A stretch of 64,000 nucleotides of DNA from Squalus acanthias (Eukaryota): the NCBI GenBank assembly GCA_030390025.1, contig CM059432.1:112904001-112968000 (forward strand), written 5' to 3'. The notes beneath the pieces were generated by a model that saw nothing but the letters and a program-made list of their open reading frames with translations, was not told the DNA's origin and made no database searches. The translations under genes were made by a program, and so were the position numbers. Positions 49,593 to 63,810 of the stretch are shown piece after piece. How positions within the stretch are numbered: position 1 is the first letter of the stretch; each line of letters opens with the position of its first letter.

Positions 49593-50624
49593 ATCATGTC
49601 TGGACAAACTAATAATCCTATGCAAAGAAACAGCAACACATTTCTTACTTTTAATACATTGGGTTCAGACAGGCACGGATCGTTTGGTTACTCCAATTGT
49701 CTGGGCAACTACCTACCTAAAATAGATGAGTCAAGTCCTTGGCTCGAGGCTGGCCAATCACATGCAGTCAGGGGCTGAAGAGCCCAGTGTGACAACTAGA
49801 ACTAAGCTTATCCATTGTAAAATAATCACTCCCATGTCCTGGCAGCAAACATCCCAACTCATAGCAGGAGTAGTCGCAGGGAAATCGCCTGCACATTGTA
49901 CAGGAGGGGCAAGAGCTTTGAAGAATAATTTCTCTAATTAAACACCCTTAGATTCTTTTTAAGAGAATTGGTGTGTGTTTTTGTGACTTTCGTTTTGTGT
50001 TTTGCATTCCTCAGCCAGTGTTTATATAGAAGGCATCATTTACGCCCCAAGAATAGTCGGTGCAGTTTATATCAACGGACAACCAAGATTTGTGAAACTC
50101 CATTTTTTTTGCTGCAGACTATTGTTTTATATATAATATATGTCAAATTATTCTTAAAATAAAAATAAAATCGCAGCTGACTGATGTTAGCAAATGCCAG
50201 TAATCAATTACATGGCATGGATTGAAATAAAGCAAACATATGTTATCAATCATATGAGTGGAAGATATTGCATTACAGTGCTGAGTTACAAAGTTACTCA
50301 CTGTATTGTTTCTATTATGATCATAAACAAAGCAATAGGAATTAGCTTGTAGGTTTGTACTACCAGACCCACAAAGCAGACAGTAATAAGCGACTCTAAT
50401 AAGATAATAACGCTGTACTACACTTAAAGCAGCAGGATGTTTTAATTACATTTTTAAACTGGTATTTAACCTTATTCCTCCAAACGATGTTGGAGAAAAA
50501 TGTTTATTTTTAGATCATATTTTTTTAATGGTCTGTGTAGAACACCCACAGCCCAGTGGGTCTTGTGTCTGGGGTGGGTACAGTAACAGATGTAGTTGTA
50601 AGCCTATCACATCAATCCTTGTCA

Positions 50625-50709
50625 AATTTTTTGTCTTAAAATACTCCCGTGTAGTGCCTTGGGACGTTTTACTACGTTAAAGGCGCTATATAAATACAAG
50701 TTGTTGTTA
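50625..50709 (+). mobile_element. L2 3'UTR fragment
   Basis: Matches 31845-31935. Confidence 0.75.
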
Positions 50710-51881
50710 GATGAACAAGCTGCCTATGGAATAGGGATGAGACTGGGGAGCCCTGGCAGAGTACGGGAGTACTTCTCTATTTTTAATATGCCGTTAAAGG
50801 AAATGCTGGGGACCATTAACTTGGCAAAATGTTGGCTGTGGAATCATAAAGTCAGTGATTTTCCTGCTCATAAGTCCTGCCAAAGATATACAGCTCCTTT
50901 AAATATATGGCTATCTGACCAAACATCATGCTGTACACACTTTAAAGCTGATAGTCTTAAATTCTTTAAGTTCTCCAAATAAGGAACCAGTATTGGAATG
51001 TAAATTCGTTCTCTGTGTTGTGACTGACAGTTTGCTGAATCGAACTTGAAACGATTACTTATTTCTCTACTTCCCCCACTCCAGTCTGTCAATCATGATG
51101 TCAATGTTCTGCAAATTGATGGACTGGAAGCTAACATCCACATTTGCAACAAACTTTCTTGATTCCTTCGGTCAGTTCTGTGAACACAACTGGGGAGTTT
51201 TCTGGGAGCCCAGGGAATAGATGCAATGGTTATTGAAAATGAGCTTTTACCAAATGACTTTTGGGCTATAAAAATATATATGCGTAACAGAGCCCGCTCT
51301 GTTGGAGTCCCGGATAAAATCATTAACCTCTCCTTATTCCTAGAAATTGCTGTTGGCAATAGTAACACATTCATATAATTTTCCTCTGTCCACTACTTTA
51401 ATGCAAGTGTTAACTTGCTTATTTTAAATAGTGGTTAGAGCCATTAAGGCCAGGGTTTTCTATTCCTGTGCTTGTTACCATGCAATTTTCCACCGATTCA
51501 CTTTAATGGGTTTCTGTTTAATTCACTTTCTGTTGAGCACAGAACCCTGTCCGAAGTGTTAATATCGCCAACAGAAATCTCTCAGCTTTAGTGAAGCATT
51601 GCACACAGAAAACATTTTTCCAAGTGCATAACTTTTTAAACCATAACCTAATGGTTTCACTGTGATGGTAAAATGGTGCATTTTGCTTGGATTTAGTTTT
51701 GCTTCTCATAAGTGCAGTGAATGGTACAACTTGTTACACACTGAACAGCACCACAGTACAGTGAGCTTGTAACTCAGACATCTAAAGAGCGTCACAAGCT
51801 TCTTTTTGCTTTGTCAGGGTGTTGAACACCATGTGTGGAAATATGGGAAAAAAAGACCTGCATCAAAATCCTGAGGCAACA

Positions 51882-52064
51882 GGGTCGACTTTCCAAGTTT
51901 GCACTTCATCCAGGAGAGCCTGTATATTAGGAAATCACAGGCCGCTGCCCACCATTTTCTGTCCATTGCTGTTAGTGGATGGAAAATCGTGGACATCGCA
52001 TCCACCATTTACTAATACACATTGGAGGATCCCCGCCAGAAGCACTAACTTGGAAAATCAGCCC
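51882..52064. mobile_element. Short Harbinger-like MITE
   Basis: Ends gggtcgactttccaagtttgcacttc and gaagcactaacttggaaaatcagccc. Confidence 0.55.
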
Positions 52065-52988
52065 AAAGTGCGGGTCCACAAGTGCTGTAGGCTGTGTTAC
52101 TGCCACTAGATGCTACTTTTGAGCTGTGCAGATATTTAAAAGGCCTCTAGAGGTAGACACTGGTTGTCATAAGACAGTATAATGCTCTACAGGGCTGGTT
52201 CTCAGGTGGGTGGTGAAATTACCACCTCTTAGCATCAGGTGATCATTGAAACCAACTAAAAAGTGGGCTTAAAAAAAATGGCTGTAATATTGTCCCCAAC
52301 TCCAGCCGTATACTTGTCTGCAATCAGGGACAAGAGTTTATTTAGTAGAAATAACGGGCCATAGTTCCATCCTGATCCTTGTATATGTCCTCAGCTTCAC
52401 TGCCACCAGAAACCATAATTTCAGATGAAAATGTCTGCTTTATGCCAATAGCAAATTTAAATAAATAATTTCCCATAAAAGCAGATAATCCTAGCAGAAA
52501 TATACCCTTACTTACACTCTACGGATTGGAATGTAGGGCCTATTGATCAAATGGATAATGTGGCCATCATCTTGTATGATGGGTCACTGATTTTTGTGGA
52601 GTTGCTGAGCAGGGAGGTAGGAAAACTTGGTGAGCAATTCACACTGAATCACTATCATAAAACTTCGAACAGCCTACTGAAAAATAGCATTGACAAAGGT
52701 CTGGTAGCATATTGCGTCTCCATACTCTGGGCCAGAGAATGATACGTGGTCCAGCAAGACCTGAAAACAAGGAAGGGCAAGCCAGCTTTTTTCTTTTCTT
52801 GACAATTTTCACACGGACAGTGTAAACTGTATGACATTCAGAACACTGCACCGGGAATTCTCACTTAAGTAGTCAGGTGATAACGCTTCTATAACAAATG
52901 CAGCAGAGGTAGATTTACTGCCAGCCAAGTTTTGATCTGGACTTGAGTGGGTTCTTGAGTGGGTTGTCTGGAAATTTGATAAATATAA

Positions 52989-53121
52989 GGGTAGATTTTC
53001 TAAGCCCTCGCCTATGGCGAGATATCTCGGAAACCGTGAACGCCATTAGAAAATCATGAGCAGTATGCCCGCCTGAGCATAGGAGATACCTCACCACAGG
53101 CGAGGATTGGAAAACCTACCC
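52989..53121. mobile_element. 133-bp fold-back MITE
   Basis: gggtagattttctaagccctcgcctatggcgagatatctc pairs with gagatacctcaccacaggcgaggattggaaaacctaccc. Confidence 0.65.
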
Positions 53122-54179
53122 TGTATACCGAACTCTCGAAGTCTGTTTTTAAAATAGAAATCCATTTTTCTACTTTGGTTCTGTATCCTCTAGTTTGCAG
53201 GCACTATGTATTAGTTTTATCAAGGTTGCCCTTTCAATTTTTATCATCAGCAAAGCAAACATCAGAGCTAAGCTAGGCTCTCCTGCTCCCACCCTACCTG
53301 CTCTCTAGTACAGGACTTGGATCAAAACTGCAGGGATTTCAATCATTCTCCTCATGTTGGATCCCAGAAATTTTCCCAAGAATATGTGATTGCCCAACCA
53401 CTGTCCTGACAGTGGGCAGGGATATTACATCACTGAAGATGTGGAATTCCATTTGGATCTTGTCATTAGAATTCAATTGAATTCATGCCTAATCAGATTG
53501 TAGGTAAATGGCTTTGGTATGATCTGCTCACCACAGCTGTTTTTGATCCCCATTGTTGTATGTTACATTTATCGCAATCTGATCTTTCTGGCATTTACTT
53601 AATGCAATGCACCACACCATCAGATCTCTACATCTGAAAAGAGACTGACAGAATAGAAGAGGGGAATTTGTGTCAGTTTTTGAAAATGCATTGGCTATTA
53701 TTCTGTGAATGATCTGCAAATCTTTGAAGGAAAGCTTGTCTTTTGGAAGTTGCGATTGTGTATATTTACAACAGTGCCCACTATGGTAAGCTATTACATG
53801 GAAGAATAGTGTATGGTCCAGATGAAGTCTTAGCTGACAAGTGCATGCCAACCATCAGCGTTTTATGCTGACAGTCAGTACTTGATGACATAAATCAACA
53901 CGAATCAGGCCCTCCCCCTCAGTGCCTTCAACAATGATCCTGGGCAAGAATTGTGAGAACAAGAATTTGTGCCGAAAGTATACAGTGGCTGGAATCAGTT
54001 CCACTAGTGGCAGGACTTGTGTAGGAGTGACAGTACATTAACTGAGGGAGAGTGGAGACAGAGGTTGCGAACAGTCTCGTTCAGCCTCAGACACTGGCCA
54101 GGGAGAGGGATGGAGTCGGTGGCTAGGAAACAGAGTTTGTGGCGGGGACCGAAAACAATATTTAATTGGAAGAAATATT

Positions 54180-54501
54180 AAAGAAAGAAAGACTTGCATT
54201 TATGTAGTGCCCTTCATGTCCTCAGGACATCCCAAAGTGCTTTACAGCCAATGAAGTACTTTTGAAGTGTAGTCACTGTTGTAATGTAGGAAACACTGCA
54301 GCCAATTTGCTCACAGTAATCTGTTTTTGTTATGTTGATTGAGAAATAAATATTGGCCGGGAGACTGGGGAGAACTCCCCAGCTCTTATTCGAATAGTGC
54401 CACGTGAAAGGGCAGATGGAGCCTCGGTTTAGCGTCTCATTCAAAAGACAGCACCTCCAACACTGCAGCACTCCCTCAGTACTGCCTAGATTTTTGTGCT
54501 C

Positions 54502-54532
<31 letters not shown>

Positions 54533-54549
54533 AACTGAGCCACAGCTGA
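54180..54549 (-). mobile_element. Deu-SINE with small internal deletions
   Basis: Colinear with 16683-17133. Confidence 0.85.
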
Positions 54550-54555
54550 CACATA

Positions 54556-55251
54556 GGGCTGGATTTTCATTGACCCGTGGAGGCGGGTTTGGAGGCGTGT
54601 GGGGGGTTAAAATTGCGAAAACTGGCGGGCGGGCATAAGTCCGCCTCCATCCCGCCTCCACGCAATTTTCATTAAATCGTGTCTGCTGGTCCCGACTCTG
54701 CCCCGCTTCTAAGAGGCGGGATAGGCTGTTAAGGCCCTTAACAAGCACTAAATTGCCTCTATAATGCTATTTTGAAAGGCCTTTGTGATTTTAACCCTTT
54801 TTCTACATGAAGCATGCCTGTTCTGAACCACGAATGTGAAACCTGGCGGGAGCACATTTGGCTGGCTGGCTGGATGGATGGATGGATGGGAGTGGTGGTG
54901 CAAGGGAAACATATCTGGGAGTGGTGGTGGATGGGAGACATATCTGGGAGTGGTGGTGCAAAAATATCTGGGAGCAGACTTAGGACTGCTGCTGCTCATT
55001 TTGCAGGTCCTCTCACAGCAAAGGCCAGGCAGTCTCTGAAGACCTTAAATGCAGCAGCAGCAATGATGACATCCTCAGAGGCGACTTTCAGACTGAAAAC
55101 ACTAATTGGGTCATGGGTTCCCACATGCTGGAACTCAATTGCCCAATTAGGTGAAAATCGCATCAATCTCCCACATCCAATTGCAGTCGGGTGGATAACA
55201 CGAAAAGTGGATGACACGACCCCAACCCGCCCCAGTATCAAAATCCAGCCC
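54556..55251. mobile_element. Harbinger-like MITE, 696 bp
   Basis: Perfect 12-bp TIRs gggctggatttt and perfect ATA TSD. The subterminal ggtttggaggcg is shared with the left end of copy A. Confidence 0.85.
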
Positions 55252-56154
55252 ATAATTTCTGTTTTTTGAGGAGTGGGTTGATAACGGCAGATTTGAAGGA
55301 GAGGGGGACAGTACCTGAGGAGACAGAATCGTTAACAATGTCAGCTAACATGAGAGCCAGGAAGGGAAGTAGGTGATCAGCATTTTAGTGGGAAAAGGAT
55401 TGAGGGAGCAGGAGGTGGGTCTCATGAACAAGATGAGCTCGGAGAGACCACGAGGGGAGATAGGAGAGAAACTAGATTCAGTTTCGTTCTCACGTGAAAA
55501 GGACTGTACTGAATGCACTGGAGAGGCCTCAGAGAAGAGCAACAAGGATGACTATAGGACCTAATTTGAGCTATGAAGCTATTAATTCTGTCTACATAAA
55601 AAGAACAGGATAAATAACTGTTAAGAATATGATTAAATGTTGTCAGAGTTAAGTACAGAAAGACATAATTAAATGTGTGTGGAACGTGATAAATACCTGC
55701 CAATCTAGAAACTCATAAAAGCTGACCAACAGCTTCAACAAAGCTGACACAGCCTCTGAAAAGGGTGATTACTCAAGAACAGCCCTGATATGTGAAACCA
55801 AGTAGTTTCATGGGCTTTGTACCTTAAGCTGTGGGTAAACACAACACTCCTCCACTTGTATTAGGGGGAAAACAGTATAATTATGTGAAAGGCTTAGGGA
55901 GAAGGTGCAAAATAGGTGGTGCATTTATTGGGGACTGGGGACACTGCATTTTTACTTTGCAAATTATGCATCCTGCTTAAATGTAAGCATTTTTATACTT
56001 GACAATTGACTGATTTTTAATTTTAAAAGGAAAAACAAATTGACATTTGGGTTTTCAACCAGTAGACCATAAAATTACCTTAACAATCACACTCTAGCAT
56101 TCCAACACTGCTTGTCCCAGTTTACACAGGTATTCTACCACTTCTGAACCCAGA

Positions 56155-59100
56155 TCACTGAGATGCTGCGTCCATCCAACACCCCACACTCACTGAGATA
56201 CTGTGTCCATCCAACACCCCACACTCACACAGATACTGTGTCCATCCAACACCCCACACTCACTGAGATACTGTGTCCATCCAACACCCCACACTCACAC
56301 AGATACTGTGTCCATCCTACTCCCCACCCTCACTGAGATACTGTGTCCATCCAACACCCCACACTCACACAGATACTGTGTCCATCCTACTCCCCACCCT
56401 CACTGAGATACTGTGTCCATCCAACACCCCACACTCACACAGATACTGTGTCCATCCAACTCCCCACCCTCACTGAGATACTGCGTCCATCCAACACCCC
56501 ACACTCACTGAGATACTGTGTCCATCCAACACCCCACACTCACACAGATACTGTGTCCATCAACTCCCCACCCTCACTGAGATACTGTGTCCATCCAACA
56601 CCCCACACTCACACAGATACTGTGTCCATCAACTCCCCACACTCACTGAGATACTGTGTCCATCAACTCCCCACCTTCACTGAGATACTGTGTCCATCCT
56701 ACTCTCCACCCTCACTGAGATACTGTGTCCATCCAACACCCCACACTCACACAGATACTGTGTCCATCCAACTCCCCACCCTCACTGAGATACTGTGTCC
56801 ATCCTACTCTCCACCCTCACTGAGATACTGTGCCCATCCAACTCCCCACCCTCACTGAGATACTGTGTCCATCCTACTCTCCACCCTCACTGAGATACTG
56901 TGCCCATCCAACTCCCCACCCTCACTGAGATACTGTGTCCATCCAACACCCCACACTCACTGAGTTACTGTGTCCATCCAACACCCCACACTCACACAGA
57001 TACTGTGTCCATCCAACACCCCACACTCACTGAGATACTGTGTCCATCCTACTCTCCACCCTCACTGAGATACTGTGTCCATCCAACTCCCCACCCTCAC
57101 TGAGATACTGTGCCCATCCATCTCCCCACCCTCACACAGATACTGTCTCCATCCTACTCTCCACCCTCACTGAGATACTGTGCCCATCGAACTCCCCACC
57201 CTCACTGAGATACTGTATCCATCCAACTCCCCACCCTCACTGAGATACTGTGTCCATCCAACACCCCACCCTCACTGAGATACTGTGTCCATCCAACTCC
57301 CCACCCTCACTGAGATACTGTGCCCATCCAACACCCCACACTCACACAGATACTGTGCCCATCCATCTCCCCACCCTCACTGAGATACTGTGTCCATCCA
57401 ACACCCCACACTCACTGAGATACTGTGCCCATCCAACACCCCACCCTCACTGAGATACTGTATCCATCCAACTCCCCACCCTCACTGAGATACTGTGCCC
57501 ATCCAACACCCCACCCTCACTGAGATACTGTGTCCATCCTACTCTCCACCCTCACTGAGACACTGTGTCCATCCAACACCCCACACTCACTGAGATACTG
57601 TGCCCATCCAACACCCCACACTCACACAGATACTGTGTCCATCCAACTCCCCACCCTCACTGAGATACTGTGTCCATCCTACTCCCCACCCTCACACAGA
57701 TACTGTGCCCATCCATCTCCCCACCCTCACACAGATACTGTGTCCATCCAACTCCCCACCCTCACTGAGACACTGTGTCCATCCAACACCCCACACTCAC
57801 TGAGATACTGTGTCCATCCAACACCCCACACTCACTGAGATACTGTGTCCATCCAACACCCCACCCTCACTGAGATACTGTGTCCATCCTACTCTCCACC
57901 CTCACTGAGATACTGTGCCCATCCAACACCCCACACTCACACAGATACTGTGTCCATCCAACTCCCCACCCTCACTGAGATACTGTGTCCATCCAACTCC
58001 CCACCCTCACACAGATACTGTGCCCATCCATCTCCCCACCCTCACACAGATACTGTGTCCATCCAACTCCCCACCCTCACTGAGACACTGTGTCCATCCA
58101 ACACCCACCCTCACTGAGATACTGTGTCCATCCAAGACCCCACCCTCACTGAGATACTTTGTCCATCTTACTCCCCACCCTCACTGAGATACTGGGTCCA
58201 TCCAACTCCCCACCCTCACTGAGATACTGTGTCCATCCAACTCCCCACCCTCACTGAGATACTGTGTCCATCCAACTGCCCACCCTCACTGAGATACTGA
58301 GTCCATCCAACACCCACCCTCACTGAGTTACTATGCCCATCCAACACCCCACCCTCACTGAGATACTGTTTCCTTCCAATTCCACAACCTCACTGAGATA
58401 AATGCCCATCCAACACCCTACCCTCACTTAGATACTGTGTCCATCCAACTCCCCACCCTCACTGAGATACTGTATCCATCCAACTCCCCACTCTCACTGA
58501 GATACTGTGTCCATCCACCTCCCCACCCTCACTGAGATACTGTGTCTATCCAACTCCCCACCCTCACTGAGATACTGTGTCCATCCAACTCCCCACCCTC
58601 ACTGAGATACTGTATCCATCCAACTCCCCACCCTCACTGAGATACTGTGTCCATCCAACTCCCCACCCTCACTGAGTTACTGTGTCCATCCAACTCCCCA
58701 CCCTCACTGAGATACTGTGTCCATCCTACACCCCACCCTCACTGAGATAATGTGTCCATCTAACACCCCACCCTCACTGCGATAATGTGTCCATCCAACT
58801 CCCCACCCTCACTGAGATACTGTGTCCATCCAACACCCCACCCTCACTGAGATACTTTGTCCATCCAACTTCCCACTCTCACTGAGATACTGTGCCCATC
58901 CAACACCCTACCCTCACTGAGATACTGAGTCCATCCAACACCTACCCTCACTGAGATACTGTGTCTATCCAACACCCCACCCTCACTGAGATTCTGTGTC
59001 CATCCAAGTCCCCTCCCTCACTTAGATACTGTGTCCATCCAATACCACAACCTCACTGAGATACTGTGTCCATTCAACACCCCACCCTCACTGAGATACT

Positions 59101-62100
59101 GTGTCCATCCTACACCCAACCCTCACTGAGATACTGTGTCAATCCAACACCCCACACTCACTGAGATAATGTGCCCATCCAAAACCCAAACTCACTGAGT
59201 TACTATGCCCATCCAACACCCCACCCTCACCGAGATACTGTTTCCTTCCAATTCCACAACCTCACTGAGATAAATGCCCATCCAACACCCTACCCTCACT
59301 TAGATACTGTGTCCATCCAACTCCCCACCCTCACTGAGATACTGTATCCATCCAACTCCCCACTCTCACTGAGATACTGTGTCCATCCACCTCCCCACCC
59401 TCACTGAGATACTGTGTCTATCCAACTCCCCACCCTCACTGAGATAATGTGCCCATCCAAAACCCAAACTCACTGAGTTACTATGCCCATCCAACACCCC
59501 ACCCTCACTGAGATACTGTTTCCTTCCAATTCCACAACCTCACTGAGATAAATGCCCATCCAACACCCTACCCTCACTTAGATACTGTGTCCATCCAACT
59601 CCCCACCCTCACTGAGATACTGTATCCATCCAACTCCCCACTCTCACTGAGATACTGTGTCCATCCACCTCCCCACCCTCACTGAGATACTGTGTCCATC
59701 CAACTCCCCACCCTCACTGAGATACTGTAGCCATCCAACTCCCCACCCTCACTGAGATACTGTGTCCATCCAACTCCCCACCCTCACTGAGTTACTGTGT
59801 CCATCCAACTGCCCACCCTCACTGAGATACTGTGTCCATCCTACACCCCACCCTCACTGAGATAATGTGTCCATCTAACACCCCACCCTCACTACGATAA
59901 TGTGTCCATCCAACTCCCCACCCTCACTGAGATACTGTGTCCATCCAACACCCCACCCTCACTGAGATACTGTGTGCATCCAACACCCCACCCTCACTGA
60001 GATACTGTGCCCATCCAACACCCTACCCTCACTGAGGTACTGTGTCCATCCAACTCTCCACCCTCACTGAGATACTGGATCCATCCATCTCCCCACCCTC
60101 ACTGAGATACTGTGTCCATCCAACTCCTCACCCTCACTGAGATACTGTGTTCATCCAACTCTCCACCCTCACTGAGGTACTGTGTCCATCCAACTCCCCA
60201 CCCTCACTGAGATACTGTGTCCATCCAACTCCTCACCCTCACTGAGATACTGTGTTCATCCAACTCACCATCCTCACTCTGATACTGTGTCCATCCAAAA
60301 CCCCACCCTCACTGAGATACTGTGCCCATCCTACTCTCCACCCTCACTGAGATACTGTGCCCATCCAACTCCCCACCCTCACACAGATACCTGTGCCCAT
60401 CCAACTCCCCACCCTCACTGAGATACTGTGTCCATCCAACACCCACCCTCACACAGATATTGTGTCCAATCAACTCCCCACCCTCACTGAGATACTGTGT
60501 CCATCCAACACCCACCCTCACACAGATATTGTGTCCAATCAACTCCCCACCCTCACTGAGATACTGTGTCCATCCTGCACCCCACCCTCACTGAGATACT
60601 GTGTCCATCCAACTGCCCACCCTCACTGAGATACTGTAACCATCCAACTACCCACCCTCACTGTGATACTGTGTCCATACATCTCTCCACCCTCACTGAG
60701 ATACTGTGTCCATCCAACTCCCCAGCCTCACTGAGATACTGTGTCCATCCTGCACCCCACCCTCACTGAGATAATGTGTCCATCCAACTGCCCACCCTCA
60801 CTGCGATACTGTGTCCATACAGCTCTCCACCCTCACTGAGATACTGTCTCCATCCAACTCTCCACCCTCACTGAGATACTGTCTCCATCCAACTCTCCAC
60901 CCTCACTGCGATACTGTGTCCATACAGCTCTCCACCCTCACTGAGATACTTTGCCCATCCAACTTCCCACCCTCACTGAGATACTGTGTCAATCCAACAC
61001 CCCACACTCACTGAGATAGTGTGCCCATCCAACACCCTACCCTCACTGAGATACTGTGTCCATCCAACGCCCCACCCTCACACAGATACTGTGTCCATCC
61101 CACGCCCCACCCTCACACAGATACTTTGTCCATCCAACTCCCCACCCTCACTGAGATAATGTGTCCATCCAACTGCCCACCCTCACTGCAATACTGTGTC
61201 CATACAACTCTCCACCCTCACTGATTTACTGTGTCCATCCAACACCCCACCCTCACTGAGATACTATTCCCATCCAACACCCCACCCTCACTTAGATACT
61301 GTGTTCATCCAACACCCCACCCTCACTGAGATACTGTGTCCATCCAATTCCACAACCTCACTGAGATACTGTGTCCATCCACCTCCCCACCCTCACTGAG
61401 ATACTGTGTCCATCCAACTCCCCACCCTCACTGAGATACTGTGTCCATCCAACTCCCCACCCTCACTGAGATACTATGTCCATCCAACTCCCCACCCTCA
61501 CTGAGTTACTGTCTCCATCCAACTCCCCACCCTCACTGAGATACTGTGTCCATTCAACACCCCACCCTCACTGAGATACCGTGTCCATCCAACACCCACC
61601 CTCACTGAGATACTGTGTCCAACTACACCCCACCCTCACTGAGATAATGTGTCCATCCAACTGCCCACCCTCACTGTGATACTGTGTCCATCCAACTCCC
61701 CACCCTCACTGAGATACTATGTCCATCCAACTCCCCACCCTCACTGAGCTACTGTCTCCATCCAACTCTCCACCCTCACTGAGATACTGTGTCCATCCAA
61801 CACCCCACCCTCACTGAGATACTGTGTCCATCCAACTCCCCACCCTCACTGAGCTACTGTCTCCATCCAACTCTCCACCCTCACTGAGATACTGTGTCCA
61901 TCCAACACCCCACCCTCACTGAGATACTGTGTCCATCCAACACCCACCCTCACTGAGATACTGTGTCCATCCTACACCCCACCCTCACTGAGATAATGTG
62001 TCCATCCAACTGCCCACCCTCACTGTGATACTGTGTCCATCCAACTCCCCACCCTCACTGAGATACTGTGTCAATCCAACACCCCACACTCACTGAGATA

Positions 62101-63810
62101 GTGTGCCCATCCAACACCCCACCCTCACTGAGATACTGAGTCCATCCATCTCCCCACCCTCACTGAGATACTGTGCCCATCCAACACCCCACCCTCACTG
62201 AGATACTGAGTCCATCCATCTCCCCACCCTCACTGAAATAGTGTGCCCATCCAACACCCCACCCTCACTGAGATACTGTGTCCATTCAGCACCCCACCCT
62301 CACTGAGATACTTTGTCCATCCAACTTCCCACCCTCACTGAGATAGTGTGCCCATCCAACACCCTACCCTCACACAGATACTGTGTCCATCCCACGCCCC
62401 ACCCTCACACAGATACTGTGTCCATCCAGCTCCCCACCCTCACTGAGATAATGTGTCCATCCAACTGCCCACCCTCACTGCGATACTGTGTCCATACAAC
62501 TCTCCACCCTCACTGAGATACTGTGCCCATCCAACACCCCACCCTCACTGAGATACTATTCCCATCCAACACCCCACCCTCACTTAGATACTGTGTTCAT
62601 CCAACACCCCACCCTCACTGAGATACTGTGTCCATCCAATTCCACAACCTCACTGAGATACTGTGTCCATCCAACTCCCCACCCTCACTGAGATACTGTG
62701 TCCATCCAACTCCCCACCCTCACTGAGATACTGTGTCCATCCAACTCCCCACCCTCACTGAGTTACTGTCTCCATCCAACTCCGCACCCTCACTGAGATA
62801 CTGTCTCCATCCAACTCTCCACCCTCACTGAGATACTGTGTCCATCCAACACCCACTCTCACTGAGATACTGTGTCCATCCTACACGCCACCGTCACTGA
62901 GATAATGTGTCCATCCAACTGCCCACCCTCACTGTGATACTGTGTCCATCCAACACCCCACACTCACTGAGATAGTATGCCCATCCAACACCCTACCCTC
63001 ACTGAGATACTGTGTCCATCCAACACCCACCCTCACTGAGATACTGTGCCCATCCAACACCCCACCCTCACTGAGATACTGGGTCCATCCATCTCCCCAC
63101 CCTCACTGAGATACTGTGTCCATCCATCTCCCTACCCTCACTAAGGTAATGTGTCCATCCAACTCCTCACCCTCACTGAGATACTGTGTCCATCCAACAC
63201 CCCACCCTCACTGAGATACTGTGTCGATCCAACTCCCCACCCTCACTGAGATACTGTGTACTTCATACTCTCCACCCTCACTAAGATACTGTGCCCATCC
63301 AACTCCCCACCCTCACTGAAATACTGTGTCCATCCAACTCCCACCCTCACATGGATACTGTGCCCATCCAACTCCCACCCTCACACACATACTGTGCCCA
63401 TCCAACTCCCCACCCTCACATAGATACTGTGTCCATCCAACTCCCACCCTCACATGGATACTGTGTCCATCCAACTCCCCACCCTCACTCACATACTGCG
63501 CCCATCCAACTCCCCACCCTCACATAGATACTGTGTCCATCCAACTCCCTCCCTCACATGGATACTGTGCCCATCCAACTCCCCACCCTAACACACATAC
63601 TGCGCCCATCCAACTCCCCACCCTCACATAGATACTGCGCCCATCCAACTCCCCACCCTCACACAGATACTGTGCCCATCCAACTCCCACCCTTTCACAG
63701 AGATACTGTCCCATCCAACTCCCACCCTCACACAGATATTGTGCCCATCCAACTCCCACCCTTTCACAGAGATAATGTGCCCATCCAACTCTCACCCTTT
63801 CACAGAGACA
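56155..63810. repeat. 35-bp satellite/minisatellite, ~7.6 kb, roughly 220 units (cactgagatactgtgtccatccaactccccaccct)
   Basis: Directly visible tandem array, with some 33-34 bp variants. Confidence 0.98.

Larger units (their letters stand above)
54040..55480 (-). mobile_element. L2 fragments (54040-54175 and 55255-55480) separated by a SINE and a MITE
   Basis: Reverse complements match 31085-31215 and 30240-30470. Confidence 0.65.

Noticed and set aside
51085..51170. Possible 86-bp exon (pyrimidine tract-cag ... g|gtcagt)
   Set aside because: One frame is open but the peptide is unrecognisable and no partner exons were found. It would need RNA-seq support.
56155..63810. CRISPR-like array, or repetitive His/Cys/Pro protein ORFs
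   Set aside because: Units are contiguous with no unique spacers, there are no cas genes, and the context is eukaryotic. The 35-bp period cycles through reading frames, so the many 67-aa ORFs are artefacts.
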